DNA of 64,000 nt, taken from Isosphaeraceae bacterium. GTDB taxonomy: Bacteria; Planctomycetota; Planctomycetia; Isosphaerales; Isosphaeraceae. The stretch is from the NCBI GenBank assembly GCA_025356435.1, contig JANXSY010000233.1:7-64006 (forward strand). The letters run 5' to 3'. The notes under the pieces are model-generated. The model did not search any database and was not told the origin of the DNA. It was given only the letters and a program-made list of their open reading frames with translations. Positions within the stretch are counted from its first letter, which is position 1. Each line of letters opens with the position of its first letter. Of this stretch, positions 15,998-25,189 are shown in pieces. Position numbers and translations under genes: made by a program.

Positions 15998-17054
15998 TTG
16001 ACGATCTTGTTTTGGAACTTTCCGGGTAAAGAAGATGCCCTGCGTGCCGAGGCCCTTCCGCTTGGCAAGGGCGGTGCAGGATCTCAACGTCGACGTGTTG
16101 GTGCTCGCCGAAACCGCGAAACCGGTAGCGGTCTTGAAAGAGCTGAAGGCTTTCAATGCGTCTTTTGAGATCGCGGAAGAGCCGCCCCTTCCGCATCCGA
16201 AGATCGCGTTCTACACGCGGTTTCCGGCGGAACACCTGCGGCCGTTTCGCGCCGACGGTCGGCTCGACGTGAGACGGCTCAAGTGGGGGGATCGATGCGA
16301 GGTGCTGTTGGGCGCAATTCATTTCTTCGATCGGAAAACCTATTCACCAGACGAGCAAGCGGCTAAAGCCTTCGGCGTTTACTGAACGTTGCGTGACGCG
16401 GAACTCGACGCGAGTCATACTCGAACCGTGCTCTTCGGCGACCTGAACATGAACCCGTTCGATACTGGCATGGTCATCTGCGAGAGCGGTTTCGCCGCGA
16501 TGGCAACACGCTCGCTCGCCTCGCGGCACAGCGGATCTGGCTTCACGGAGCGGCAGCGATTTTACAATCCATCGTGGTCGCGAATGGGTCAAGAGTTGCC
16601 GCAGGCACCCGGTACATTTGCCTTTCATCTTCCGAATCGACCTTCCGAAAGAGTCCATCGATCTCTGAATCCGTCGAGAACTATTGGGGAATCGACGACC
16701 ATCGTGACCCTGCTCAAGCAGCAGGCGGAGATGCTCTCGAAAATCACGAAGGGACGAGTCAAGGGCGTGGTCAAAGAGTCGGCCGAGGCGGGTACCATCT
16801 ACGTCTCGCTCTATGTCGGCGTGCCCGCGCTCGGCGACTACCAATTCAAGCTCTTCACCGCCGCTCATCCTTTCAACGTTGACCCTACGGCACCATTCCC
16901 GATCCGCATCGAAGACACGTTGGGCAACCTGAGAGACGAGATCCTGAGCACGGACCAATTCAAGGTCTTCCTGAAGAACTTCCTCTCCTCTCCTGAGGTT
17001 CGCGACTCCATCGGAAATTTGATGAGGATCGGCGCTGAACGAGTGACGTCCTGA
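15998..17054 (+). pseudogene. endonuclease/exonuclease/phosphatase (EEP) family gene disrupted by a frameshift and an in-frame TGA; the C-terminal about 110-aa module is still open
   Basis: TTG-TILFWNFPGKEDALRAEAL (frame 2) continues as RLARAVQDLNVDVLVLAE (frame 0, track ORF 16035-16385). TGA at 16383-16385 is in frame with track ORF 16389-17054 (TRTVLFGDLNMNPFD). Confidence 0.6.
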
Positions 17055-17100
17055 ATGTCGGGCCGCACGGGCCGAATACCACAGCGAGACGAGCACGACC

Positions 17101-17403
17101 ATGCCCGAAGATCGTTGGACTCAAGAGCAGTCGATCAAGGATCGCAAGAAGCAACTCTATGACACCGACGCGCCTCCCGAAGTCGTGCCCGGCAAGCCGT
17201 TCGTCGACTTCCTCCGCGATACTCCCTCCGCTCCCCTCTCCGGCGGCATGAAGACCGCGCTCTGGGCCGTCGGCGTGGTCGTCGCTCTCTTGCTTGCCGC
17301 TGCGCTGATGAAGGGAATCGGTGGGCCCAAACATCCCGCCAAGCCGGCCGCAAAGGTCGCCGTCCCGTCGGGGCGAACTGCTTCGAAAGTCGGCACGACC
17401 TGA
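17101..17403 (+). CDS. hypothetical small single-TM protein
   Basis: ORF track 100 aa. TM helix ALWAVGVVVALLLAAALM. GC3-rich codons. Confidence 0.55.
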   Translation: MPEDRWTQEQSIKDRKKQLYDTDAPPEVVPGKPFVDFLRDTPSAPLSGGMKTALWAVGVVVALLLAAALMKGIGGPKHPAKPAAKVAVPSGRTASKVGTT

Positions 17404-17423
17404 GGAAATTTGGTCTCAGACAC

Positions 17424-17452
17424 TTGACGGGGGCGGATTGAATTTGTATTAA
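17424..17452 (+). promoter_or_regulatory. near-consensus sigma-70 promoter (TTGACG-N17-TATTAA)
   Basis: TTGACG at 17424-17429, a 17-nt spacer, then TATTAA at 17447-17452. It is about 85 nt upstream of the ATG at 17535. Confidence 0.6.
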
Positions 17453-17457
17453 TACAA

Positions 17458-17497
17458 CGACACAAGAGCTTCGCGGGAGTCTCCGCGACTTGTGTCG
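17458..17497 (+). other. 5'-terminal stem-loop of the predicted leader
   Basis: CGACACAAG (17458-17466) pairs with CTTGTGTCG (17489-17497), with a second inner GC stem. It begins right at the predicted transcription start. Confidence 0.5.
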
Positions 17498-17534
17498 CAT
17501 CTTTGCGCTTTCCGTTGTGAATTAGGAGCGTTCG

Positions 17535-18482
17535 ATGATCCGTCCCTTGGTCGCAATGACGGCGATTGTCTGCGGTTTGGGCCATCTCGCCGAGGCCCAG
17601 GTGAAGCTCGAATACAAGGTCGCTGAAGGAATGATCGAGCGGCAAAAGTTGTCGGCGAAGGTCCACCAGGTGATGACGATCAACGGGATGGACGTCGAGA
17701 CGGACGTTGATCAGGGGGCGGTTACGGTCTCGTCGAACGGCAAGCGGAAGCCCGACGGGACTCTGCCGATCGAGATCACGCTCGAATCGTTCAGGATCAA
17801 GATGACGCTCCCCGGCGGCATGGAGATCAACCTTGACTCCGCCGACAAAGACCTCAAGGTCGACCTCCCGCAACTCGCCTTCATCGGCGACTTACTCAAG
17901 GCGATGCGAGGGGCGAGCTACACCGTGGTGCTCGACGCGAAGGACCACGTCAAGTTCGTCGAGGGGACCGAGAAAAACCTGACCAAGGCGGCCGATCTGC
18001 CGAAGCAGGCCGCCGAGGCGCTCAAGGCCCGCTTCAATGCCGATCGGATCAAGCGAGAGTATGAACAAGTCTATGGAAACCTTCCCGATGTGCTCGTCCG
18101 CGAGGGTGAGCCGTGGGAGCGGACCGAGACGAATGACATCGGCGGCGGGCAGACACTGACATTCAAGCGCCAATACGAGTACAAGGGGACGGTCAAGAAG
18201 GGGGACAAGACCCTCGACAAGATCGCGGTCAAGGCGATCGAGGTCTCCTACAAGCAGGACTCGAACGTCGAGTCTCCGGCGAAGGTGACGAAGAGCGACC
18301 TCAAAATTCAATCGTCCGAGGGAGCCATCCTCTTCGACCGCGAGGCCGGGGCCGTCGTCGAGCGGCAGGACAAGACTCGCATGAAGGGCGGAATGAGCTT
18401 GAATGCCGGGGGCATGGATCTTGACGTCAAGCTCGACCTCACGCTCGACAGCAGCCTGACCGTCGAGAAGGCCGCTAGGTAG
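17535..18482 (+). CDS. hypothetical secreted protein
   Basis: ORF track 315 aa. Signal peptide MIRPLVAMTAIVCGLGHLAEAQ. AGGAG RBS. Beta-rich Lys/Asp/Thr composition. Confidence 0.7.
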   Translation: MIRPLVAMTAIVCGLGHLAEAQVKLEYKVAEGMIERQKLSAKVHQVMTINGMDVETDVDQGAVTVSSNGKRKPDGTLPIEITLESFRIKMTLPGGMEINLDSADKDLKVDLPQLAFIGDLLKAMRGASYTVVLDAKDHVKFVEGTEKNLTKAADLPKQAAEALKARFNADRIKREYEQVYGNLPDVLVREGEPWERTETNDIGGGQTLTFKRQYEYKGTVKKGDKTLDKIAVKAIEVSYKQDSNVESPAKVTKSDLKIQSSEGAILFDREAGAVVERQDKTRMKGGMSLNAGGMDLDVKLDLTLDSSLTVEKAAR

Positions 18483-18566
18483 GCGGGGGGCCGCAGTGAG
18501 GGACATTGACGCCGGCCTCCGCGCGCCCGGCGCTCGCGCCGCATGCACGACGAGGGGTTAAGATCT

Positions 18567-18983
18567 GTGCAGATTCACATCTCAACCACTGATGGTGTGC
18601 CGATCTATTTGCAGATCGTCAACCAGGTGAAATATCTCGTGGCCTCGGCCCGTCTGGCACCCGGCGAGGAAATGCCGCCGATCCGGGTCCTGGCTGAGCG
18701 ATTGCTGATTAACCCAAACACCGTGGCGCGGGCCTATCGCGAGCTGGAGGTCGCCGGGGTGGTGACGAAGCGTCGTACGGCCGGGACGTTCGTCTCGGAA
18801 GGCGGTGCTCCGCTCGGCCTCGACGACAGGCTGGAGATCGTGGCGGCGCGCGTCGACGGATTGGTCGCGGAGGCTCGACAGCTCAACATCGGCCTCAATG
18901 CCTTGATCGGGCTCATCCGCCGTCGAGACGCTGCGCTCGGTCCTCAGACCAAGGGAGGAGATGGACGCGATGACCAGCCCTGA
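18567..18983 (+). CDS. GntR-family transcriptional regulator, YtrA subfamily
   Basis: VQIHISTTDGVPIYLQIVNQVKYLVASARLAPGEEMPPIRVLAERLLINPNTVARAYRELE is a winged HTH followed by a short C-terminus. GTG start at 18567 after GAGGGG. Confidence 0.85.
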   Translation: MQIHISTTDGVPIYLQIVNQVKYLVASARLAPGEEMPPIRVLAERLLINPNTVARAYRELEVAGVVTKRRTAGTFVSEGGAPLGLDDRLEIVAARVDGLVAEARQLNIGLNALIGLIRRRDAALGPQTKGGDGRDDQP

Positions 18984-19908
18984 ACTCGAGCCAACCGTTA
19001 TTGAGGTGCGCGGGGTGAGCCGGCGCTTTGGCAAACAACAGGCACTTGAAGACGTGAGCTTAACTGTTCCTCGTGGCGTCGTCTTCGGCCTGATCGGCGA
19101 GAATGGCGCGGGGAAGACGACGCTGATCCGACACATCCTCGGCCTCTTTCGGCCTCAATCAGGGACGGTCCGCGTCTTCGGGCTCGACCCGACCCGCGAC
19201 CCCGTGGGGGTATTCTCTCGCCTCGGCACCCTCTCTGAAGATCGCGACCTGCCCGGATGGATGCGGGTCGAAGAGCTGATCCGTTACGTGAAAGCGTTCT
19301 ATCCGAGCTGGGACGATGCCTACGCCGAGTCCCTTCGCGACGCCTCCGAGCTTGATCCCAAGGCGAAGATCCGCCACCTCTCGCGAGGCCAGCAGGCGAG
19401 GGCCGGGCTGCTCGCCGCGCTGGCGTTCCGGCCCGAATTGCTCGTGCTTGACGAGCCTTCGTCAGGTCTCGACCCCGTCGTCCGTCGCGACATCCTCGGC
19501 GCGATTATCCGCACCATCACCAACGACGGCCGGACCGTGCTCTTCTCGTCGCACCTGCTCGACGAGGTCGAGCGCGTCAGCGACCACGTCGCCATGATCG
19601 ATCGCGGGCGGATCGTCATCGACGGACCGCTCGATGCCGTCAAGTCAAAACATCACCAGGTCAACATTCAATTCGACGTTCCGCGATCCGACGCCCCGCC
19701 GCTCGATACGGCGATCGCGATTCAGGGGTCGGGCCGCGAGTGGTCGGCGATCTGCGAGGGAGACCTCGGCGCGATCTCGATGCGGGCCGAGGGGCTCGGC
19801 GGCCGGGTCGTCGAGGCGAGAGGGGCAACGCTCGACGAGATTTTCGTCGCGAGGATGGCCGGCCATCGCCGCAAGCCGATCGTCCCGAAGGAGGCGGCCG
19901 TCTCATGA
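18961..19908 (+). CDS. ABC transporter ATP-binding protein
   Basis: ORF track 315 aa. Walker A GENGAGKTT, signature LSRGQQ, Walker B LLVLDEPSSGLD. Confidence 0.95.
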   Translation: MDAMTSPELEPTVIEVRGVSRRFGKQQALEDVSLTVPRGVVFGLIGENGAGKTTLIRHILGLFRPQSGTVRVFGLDPTRDPVGVFSRLGTLSEDRDLPGWMRVEELIRYVKAFYPSWDDAYAESLRDASELDPKAKIRHLSRGQQARAGLLAALAFRPELLVLDEPSSGLDPVVRRDILGAIIRTITNDGRTVLFSSHLLDEVERVSDHVAMIDRGRIVIDGPLDAVKSKHHQVNIQFDVPRSDAPPLDTAIAIQGSGREWSAICEGDLGAISMRAEGLGGRVVEARGATLDEIFVARMAGHRRKPIVPKEAAVS

Positions 19909-21551
19909 AATCCCCCGCGATGGCCATGCTCTGGGAGTCGTTCACGCGGCAGCGATGGCTAACCCTCACTATCTCCGCCGAATTCGCCATCCTCTTCGTG
20001 CTCGCGCGCGTAATGCCGCACGAGTGGCTCGAAGACCCATCGGTGAATGTGATCGGGCTGCTGTTCGTCATATACTTTTTCCTTGGCGTCGCCGCCATGT
20101 TCGGCGTCAGCGCCGAACAGCCCAGGACGGGCAGGCAGGGGTATCCAGAACGAATGTATTTGTATCCGATCTCAACGCGCAGGCTTGTGATGCTTCCGAT
20201 GCTCTTCGAGATGGCGGCGATGGTCGTCTCGTGGGTTGTGATGGCGATGCTCATCCTCCGGCCGATGGGATTCCACCCACCTGTCGCGACCGTCGCGATC
20301 GCCCTCGCGGCGGCGATGGCCTGGCTCCAGGCGGCCGTGTGGTGGCCGTTCCGGTCCGATACCTCCGCCCGCCTCGTTGCCTTCTTGGTCATGCTCCCCG
20401 CGTTGGCGATGGCGGTCGCCTGGCCGATGATCGTCCGGGCGGGAGGCACGGCGGTCGGCCTCGCGATTTCGATTGCGTATATCATCGCAGCATTGATCGT
20501 TGCCATGATTGGGGTCACGCTCGACCGTTGCGGCGCGAGGCAGGGCGACCGCGAAGCTTCGCGATTCCGCGATCGATTCGAGTCGCTGATCGAGGTCATT
20601 TCGGGTCCACAGGGGCCGTTCCGCTCGGCGTCTCGGGCGCAGTTCTGGTTGGAGTGGCGCACCAAGGGCAGGGGGGTGGTGATCCTCGTCGGCAGCCTTG
20701 CGTTCGTCACGGCGACCTTCCTTGCGGTCTTCTCCGGGGTCGTAGGCGGGGTACGGATCTTCTTGCTGATCCTGTTTGCAGAACATTGCTTCATATGCTC
20801 AATATTTGGCGTTATCTTCGCGAAGGATGATCCGTCCAAAAGGTCGATCCTCCTCTCGCCGTTCGTCGCGACTCGTCCCATGACGAGCGGTCGGATGGCC
20901 GGTCTCAAGATTGGCGCGGCTGCGGCGAGCCTGCTGGTCTCGTATGCGGTCGTCCTCGCGCTGATACCGATCTGGCTCATCGCGACGGGCAACCTTTCCT
21001 CTTTCGGTCTCATGCTCAAGCCGGTCGTCGAGTCGAAGGGGGTGGGGTTCGTCGTGCTCATCGCCGCCCTGGGACTGGTCGTCGTGCTGGGCACGACCTG
21101 GAGGGGAATGATCGGCGGGATGCTCCCGGTCCTGACGGGTCGGCACTGGGTTTCGAATATGCTCGCATTCGCATTGATTTTGGGTCTCATCGTTGTGCTC
21201 GGCCTCACCCTCTATATGACGCTCCACCAAACCCAGCGTATGGCCTGGGCGACGTGGGCATTGGCCGCGATCCCGTGGTTGATGGGCGGCGTGTTGGGCC
21301 TCAAGCTGATCGTCGGCACCGTAGCGTTTCGCAAGGCGCTCCGACGGGGGTTGATCTCCCTGGAGATGCTGGCCGGGAGCGTGGCCGTCTGGGCCGTCTT
21401 CGCCGCGTGCGTCATGGGCTTCATGGCCCTGCTGCTCAGGCCGATCGAGGTCTCGACCTGGATCACGCTGGCGATCGGCTCCGCGATCGTCCCGCCGTTC
21501 GGCCGCCTGGCGCTCGCGCCTATGGCTCTCGACTGGAACCGGCATCAATGA
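19905..21551 (+). CDS. polytopic membrane protein, presumed permease partner of the ABC ATPase (internally duplicated)
   Basis: ATGA overlap with the ATPase stop. About 12 hydrophobic helices. Both halves open with a similar amphipathic motif (MLWESFTRQRW and AQFWLEWRTKGRG). Confidence 0.75.
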   Translation: MKSPAMAMLWESFTRQRWLTLTISAEFAILFVLARVMPHEWLEDPSVNVIGLLFVIYFFLGVAAMFGVSAEQPRTGRQGYPERMYLYPISTRRLVMLPMLFEMAAMVVSWVVMAMLILRPMGFHPPVATVAIALAAAMAWLQAAVWWPFRSDTSARLVAFLVMLPALAMAVAWPMIVRAGGTAVGLAISIAYIIAALIVAMIGVTLDRCGARQGDREASRFRDRFESLIEVISGPQGPFRSASRAQFWLEWRTKGRGVVILVGSLAFVTATFLAVFSGVVGGVRIFLLILFAEHCFICSIFGVIFAKDDPSKRSILLSPFVATRPMTSGRMAGLKIGAAAASLLVSYAVVLALIPIWLIATGNLSSFGLMLKPVVESKGVGFVVLIAALGLVVVLGTTWRGMIGGMLPVLTGRHWVSNMLAFALILGLIVVLGLTLYMTLHQTQRMAWATWALAAIPWLMGGVLGLKLIVGTVAFRKALRRGLISLEMLAGSVAVWAVFAACVMGFMALLLRPIEVSTWITLAIGSAIVPPFGRLALAPMALDWNRHQ

Positions 21552-21661
21552 CCTGACGCGACGAATTGTCCCCGGCTTTGAATAGTCGGCCCAGCCGGGT
21601 GTCTCTCGATTTGAAGAAGATCGTCGCTCAGCCCTGGCATCGAAATCTCGGAGGTCGTCCC

Positions 21662-23035
21662 ATGCGTCTCGACGCGAAATCGGGCGGTGTTCTGTCATGG
21701 CTGTGGATCGGTCTCGCGCTGGCTGCGGCGGGCGGGGCAAAGGGGGCGGATCGCGGCACGCTCTCCCTCGCCTATGTCGAGGCCCGGGCGCTGTTCGAGA
21801 AGACCTGGGAGCCGACCCCCGGCGAAGGCCACGGAGACGGCCTCGGACCCCTCTATAACGCGACATCCTGCGTCGCCTGCCACCACCAAGGGGGGCCGGG
21901 CGGCGCGGGGAAGAATGAGCATAACGTCACCCTCCTCAGCCTCGTCGCAGGCGTCCCTGCGACGAGGCTCGGCGATGGCGTGTTTGTCGGAGAACCCGAA
22001 GACCTCCACCCCGGCCTGCGGAACAGCACCACCGTCGTGCTCCACGACCACGCGACCTCGGACGACGATAGGAAGCGACTTGTCTTCATAAATAGACTCG
22101 TATCAATCCAGACGCGTGATGATCTGCTGGCGATTCGCAAGTCACGGCGGAGCACTCCCGCACACGACATCTTGCTCAAGGCCGAGGCACGCAAATATCC
22201 CGGTTTTCCCGAGATCAGCGGCCGGGTCAGTCGGCTCAAGGGGGGTCAGCTCGGCCGATTCGGCTGGAAGGGCCAGACGGCGACGCTCGAACACTTCGTC
22301 ATCGCCGCCTGCTCGAACGAGCTGGGGCTGGAAGTCCCCGGCCGTCACCAGGTGAGCCTGGCCTCCGCGAAAGACTTCAACGGTTCCAAGATCAAGCTCG
22401 ACATGGATGAGAGGCAGACGCAACGTCTTGTCGACTTCGTCCAGACTCTTCCCCGTCCGACCCTCCACCTCATCGATCCGATCGCGCCCCTGCGTGGCCG
22501 GGTGGCGTTTGAGGCGATCGGATGTGCGGCCTGCCACACGCCGAAGCTCGGCAGCGTCGACGGCCTTTACACTGACCTCCTGCTCCACGACCTCGGCGAC
22601 CGGATCATGGATTTCGGCTCGGGATACGGTGGCCCGGCACACTCCTCGGGGTTTATCAATCTGGCGAAGACCGAAGCCGGCGACCGGCCCACTCCCACGG
22701 GCGAGGCCGCGCCGACCGAGTGGCGGACACCTCCGCTCTGGGGAGTCGCCTCCTCACCGCCCTACCTCCACGACGGCCGCGCCGGCACCCTCGACCAGGC
22801 GATCCGCCTCCACGGCGGCGAGGCCACCGCGACCGCCAAGCGTTACACCCAACTCTCGTTCGCCGACAACCAGGCCCTCCTCTCGATGCTCCACTCGCTC
22901 GTCGCCCCGCCGCAGGCCTTGCGACTCGTCGACGCGGCGGGGCGGACGGAAGTAACCGACGGTCGCCATCCGCTGGTCTTCGGGATTTCCGGGACGCCCC
23001 GGACGCCACCTCCGATGATAAAGCTTGCTCTTTGA
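21662..23035 (+). CDS. di-heme cytochrome c oxidoreductase/peroxidase-like protein (DUF1111 family)
   Basis: Signal peptide after the ATG at 21662. Two CxxCH sites (SCVACHHQGG and GCAACHTP). C-terminal PPLWGVASSPPYLHDGRAGTLDQAI. Confidence 0.85.
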   Translation: MRLDAKSGGVLSWLWIGLALAAAGGAKGADRGTLSLAYVEARALFEKTWEPTPGEGHGDGLGPLYNATSCVACHHQGGPGGAGKNEHNVTLLSLVAGVPATRLGDGVFVGEPEDLHPGLRNSTTVVLHDHATSDDDRKRLVFINRLVSIQTRDDLLAIRKSRRSTPAHDILLKAEARKYPGFPEISGRVSRLKGGQLGRFGWKGQTATLEHFVIAACSNELGLEVPGRHQVSLASAKDFNGSKIKLDMDERQTQRLVDFVQTLPRPTLHLIDPIAPLRGRVAFEAIGCAACHTPKLGSVDGLYTDLLLHDLGDRIMDFGSGYGGPAHSSGFINLAKTEAGDRPTPTGEAAPTEWRTPPLWGVASSPPYLHDGRAGTLDQAIRLHGGEATATAKRYTQLSFADNQALLSMLHSLVAPPQALRLVDAAGRTEVTDGRHPLVFGISGTPRTPPPMIKLAL

Positions 23036-23086
23036 CAATTTGGAGGGGCGAGAGCGCATGTTGAATCGAAAGAGGCCATTCACGCA

Positions 23087-23575
23087 GCGCCGACCGAACC
23101 CAACGCCCTGACCAGCCTCGATCGCGCCGACCGAAGCCAATACTCTGACCAGCCTCGATCGCGCCGACCGAACCCAACACTCTGACCAGCCTCGATCGCG
23201 CCGAACGAAGCCAACTCTGGTCCCCTCCCCCACAAGGGAGGAGGGGATCAGAATGCCGTCAGAGTGAGGGACTTACCGCAATACAATCGCCGCACCGACC
23301 GAAGCCAACGCCGGATCAGCCTCGATTGCGCCGAACGAACCCAAGGCCCTGGGCAGCCCCGATCGCGCCGAACGAATTTTTCCTGTGCCCTTGGGACACC
23401 CGACCCCATGAAAGGAGAACGAGATGGATGCATGTGCCTAGTAATTGCCGGGCATTCCTCAGATTGTGCAGATCACTCACAATTAAGACTTTCAGAGCAA
23501 CCCAAGGCCCTGGCCAGCCCCGATCGCGCCGAACGAACCCAACGCCCGGCCCCGGCCTGCCGTCGATCGCGGCGA
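23087..23575. repeat. field of 37-bp repeats (3 exact-register tandem units plus 5-6 degenerate or interrupted units)
   Basis: The unit GCGCCGACCGAAsCCAAnnnCTGACCAGCCTCGATC occurs at 23087, 23124 and 23161. There is an interrupted copy at 23198, further copies at about 23289, 23328 and 23365 (truncated), and at about 23497 and 23525. A hairpin TCCCCTCCCCCACAAGGGAGGAGGGGA sits at 23221-23247. Confidence 0.85.
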
Positions 23576-23608
23576 CATGCCGGGTATTAGTGATCTTGCA
23601 CATGCAAA

Positions 23609-25189
23609 TTATTGGATGGACTTTGCGGATGGGGCCAACCCGAGGCGGGCCTCGCTGGGCCGGGGGATCGGGCCGGGACCGGTGTAGCCGAAGGGGTAGG
23701 GGGCGGTCTGGCCGACGCATCGGAAGACGCGGACGGTCTGCATTGGGAAGCCGGCACGCACGATCGGGATGTCCGGGAGCCGATCGATCCGGGTGAACCA
23801 GGGGGCGAAGTAGGCGTCTTCGGCGACGCCTTCGCCGGTCCGGATCAAGATCCCGTCGCGGCCAACCCAGTCTTCGGGACGGCTCCAGAACGTGAAGCTG
23901 CGGGCGTCGCGGTGATAGCAGGCGACCGGGAGTTCATGCCGAGTGGCCAGCGATAATTCGGCACTATAACGCCAGTTACATGTGAACAGAAACGTGTTTG
24001 GGGCGTTCGAGAGGCCTCGGTGCTTCAATTCGGCGGCGACCTGGTCCCAGAGGATGGTGTCGACTGTCAGGTCGTCCTTAGGCGCGATCAGGCCCGCCAG
24101 ACGGCCGTGGCGATCCTGGAAGATCCCGTAATTCGCCTGCGCGACGAACAGGCACGCGAACACAATAGGGACCGCGACGCAGAAGGCCATTAATCGTCGC
24201 ATCAGCACGGGTCGAATGTCGAGATGTCTCGCCAGGTCTCGACCCAGGAGCGGCATCAGGGTGACGAATCCGATCAGCGGCCAGTGGGTCAAGATCTGGC
24301 TGTAGGAGGCGACCCCCAGGAACAAGAACGGGGCCGGCAGCGCCTGGCAGATCAGGAACGCTTCGCCATTGCTCCAGCGTCGAGGCCCGCGACGGATCAG
24401 GCCGACCGCGATGACCACGAGCCAGAGCCAGATCCCCGGCAGGAGATAGAAGACCTGCCCGACAATCGCCTCGATCAGATAATCAGGTCGGAATCCCTTG
24501 AAGCCGCCCGATCGCGTTCCCTGAAAGAGGAATGAGGCCCAGCCGTGCGAGGCGTTCCAGAGGATGACAGGAGAGAAGACGGCGAAGCCGACGAGCGTCG
24601 CCAGATATGGTCCCGGCGTCCGCAGGCAGCGGCGGGCTGAGGGCCGCAGCAGCAGATAGAGCAGGGTTCCGGCGGGGAGCAGCACCGCGTGGTACTTGCT
24701 CAACATCGCGCCTCCCCAGGCGATCCCGACCGTTGCCCAGACCCATGTCCGGCGTTCGCCGTCGAAGGCTGCCGCGAGCCGGTCGAGGGTCAGCAGCCAG
24801 AAGAAGAGCAGGGGACCATCCGGCCCCGCCATGGTCCCGACGACGAGGCCGTAAAAGACCGTCGCGTTCAGAACCAACGCGGCCAGCACCGCCGCCCGAG
24901 GGCCGAAGAACCGCTCGGCAAGCCGGGCCATGAGCCACGACGACCCGGCGAACAGGAGGATGAAGCCGAACCGGAGGCCGACCACCGGGCTGATCCAACC
25001 GACCAGCGCCTCGCCGATGGCCGCGACAACGCCCACCATCGGCGGATGGTCGAAGAACGCCCAGTCGAGATTCCGGGCGTAGAGAGCGTAATACGCCTCG
25101 TCGGTCAGGCCGCCCATGCTGACGGCGAAGGCCAGCCGGAGGGCCGTCGAGATCCCAATCACCGACCAGAGCGCTTGCCGCGTCGACAT
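23609..25189 (-). CDS. GT39/ArnT-like dolichyl-phosphate-mannose-type glycosyltransferase
   Basis: ORF track 526 aa. N-terminal GGLTDEAYYALYARNLDWAFFDHPPMVG motif. Many TM helices and a soluble C-terminal domain. Confidence 0.85.
   Translation of the reverse strand: MSTRQALWSVIGISTALRLAFAVSMGGLTDEAYYALYARNLDWAFFDHPPMVGVVAAIGEALVGWISPVVGLRFGFILLFAGSSWLMARLAERFFGPRAAVLAALVLNATVFYGLVVGTMAGPDGPLLFFWLLTLDRLAAAFDGERRTWVWATVGIAWGGAMLSKYHAVLLPAGTLLYLLLRPSARRCLRTPGPYLATLVGFAVFSPVILWNASHGWASFLFQGTRSGGFKGFRPDYLIEAIVGQVFYLLPGIWLWLVVIAVGLIRRGPRRWSNGEAFLICQALPAPFLFLGVASYSQILTHWPLIGFVTLMPLLGRDLARHLDIRPVLMRRLMAFCVAVPIVFACLFVAQANYGIFQDRHGRLAGLIAPKDDLTVDTILWDQVAAELKHRGLSNAPNTFLFTCNWRYSAELSLATRHELPVACYHRDARSFTFWSRPEDWVGRDGILIRTGEGVAEDAYFAPWFTRIDRLPDIPIVRAGFPMQTVRVFRCVGQTAPYPFGYTGPGPIPRPSEARLGLAPSAKSIQ

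Noticed and set aside
16383-16385. In-frame TGA as a selenocysteine or read-through codon
   Set aside because: EEP enzymes are not known selenoproteins. The position is not a catalytic Cys site. The gene also carries a frameshift near its 5' end. I saw only a short bulged hairpin downstream, not a convincing SECIS. Pseudogenisation is the simpler reading.
19661-21866. 515-aa and 355-aa minus-strand ORFs
   Set aside because: They are antisense to the ABC ATPase and permease genes. Their composition (Arg/Pro/Ser/Ala runs) and their lack of motifs indicate GC-driven open frames.
23087-23575. Possible CRISPR array
   Set aside because: The 37-bp units abut each other directly with no spacers. 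The copies are degenerate, and no cas genes are present in the window.
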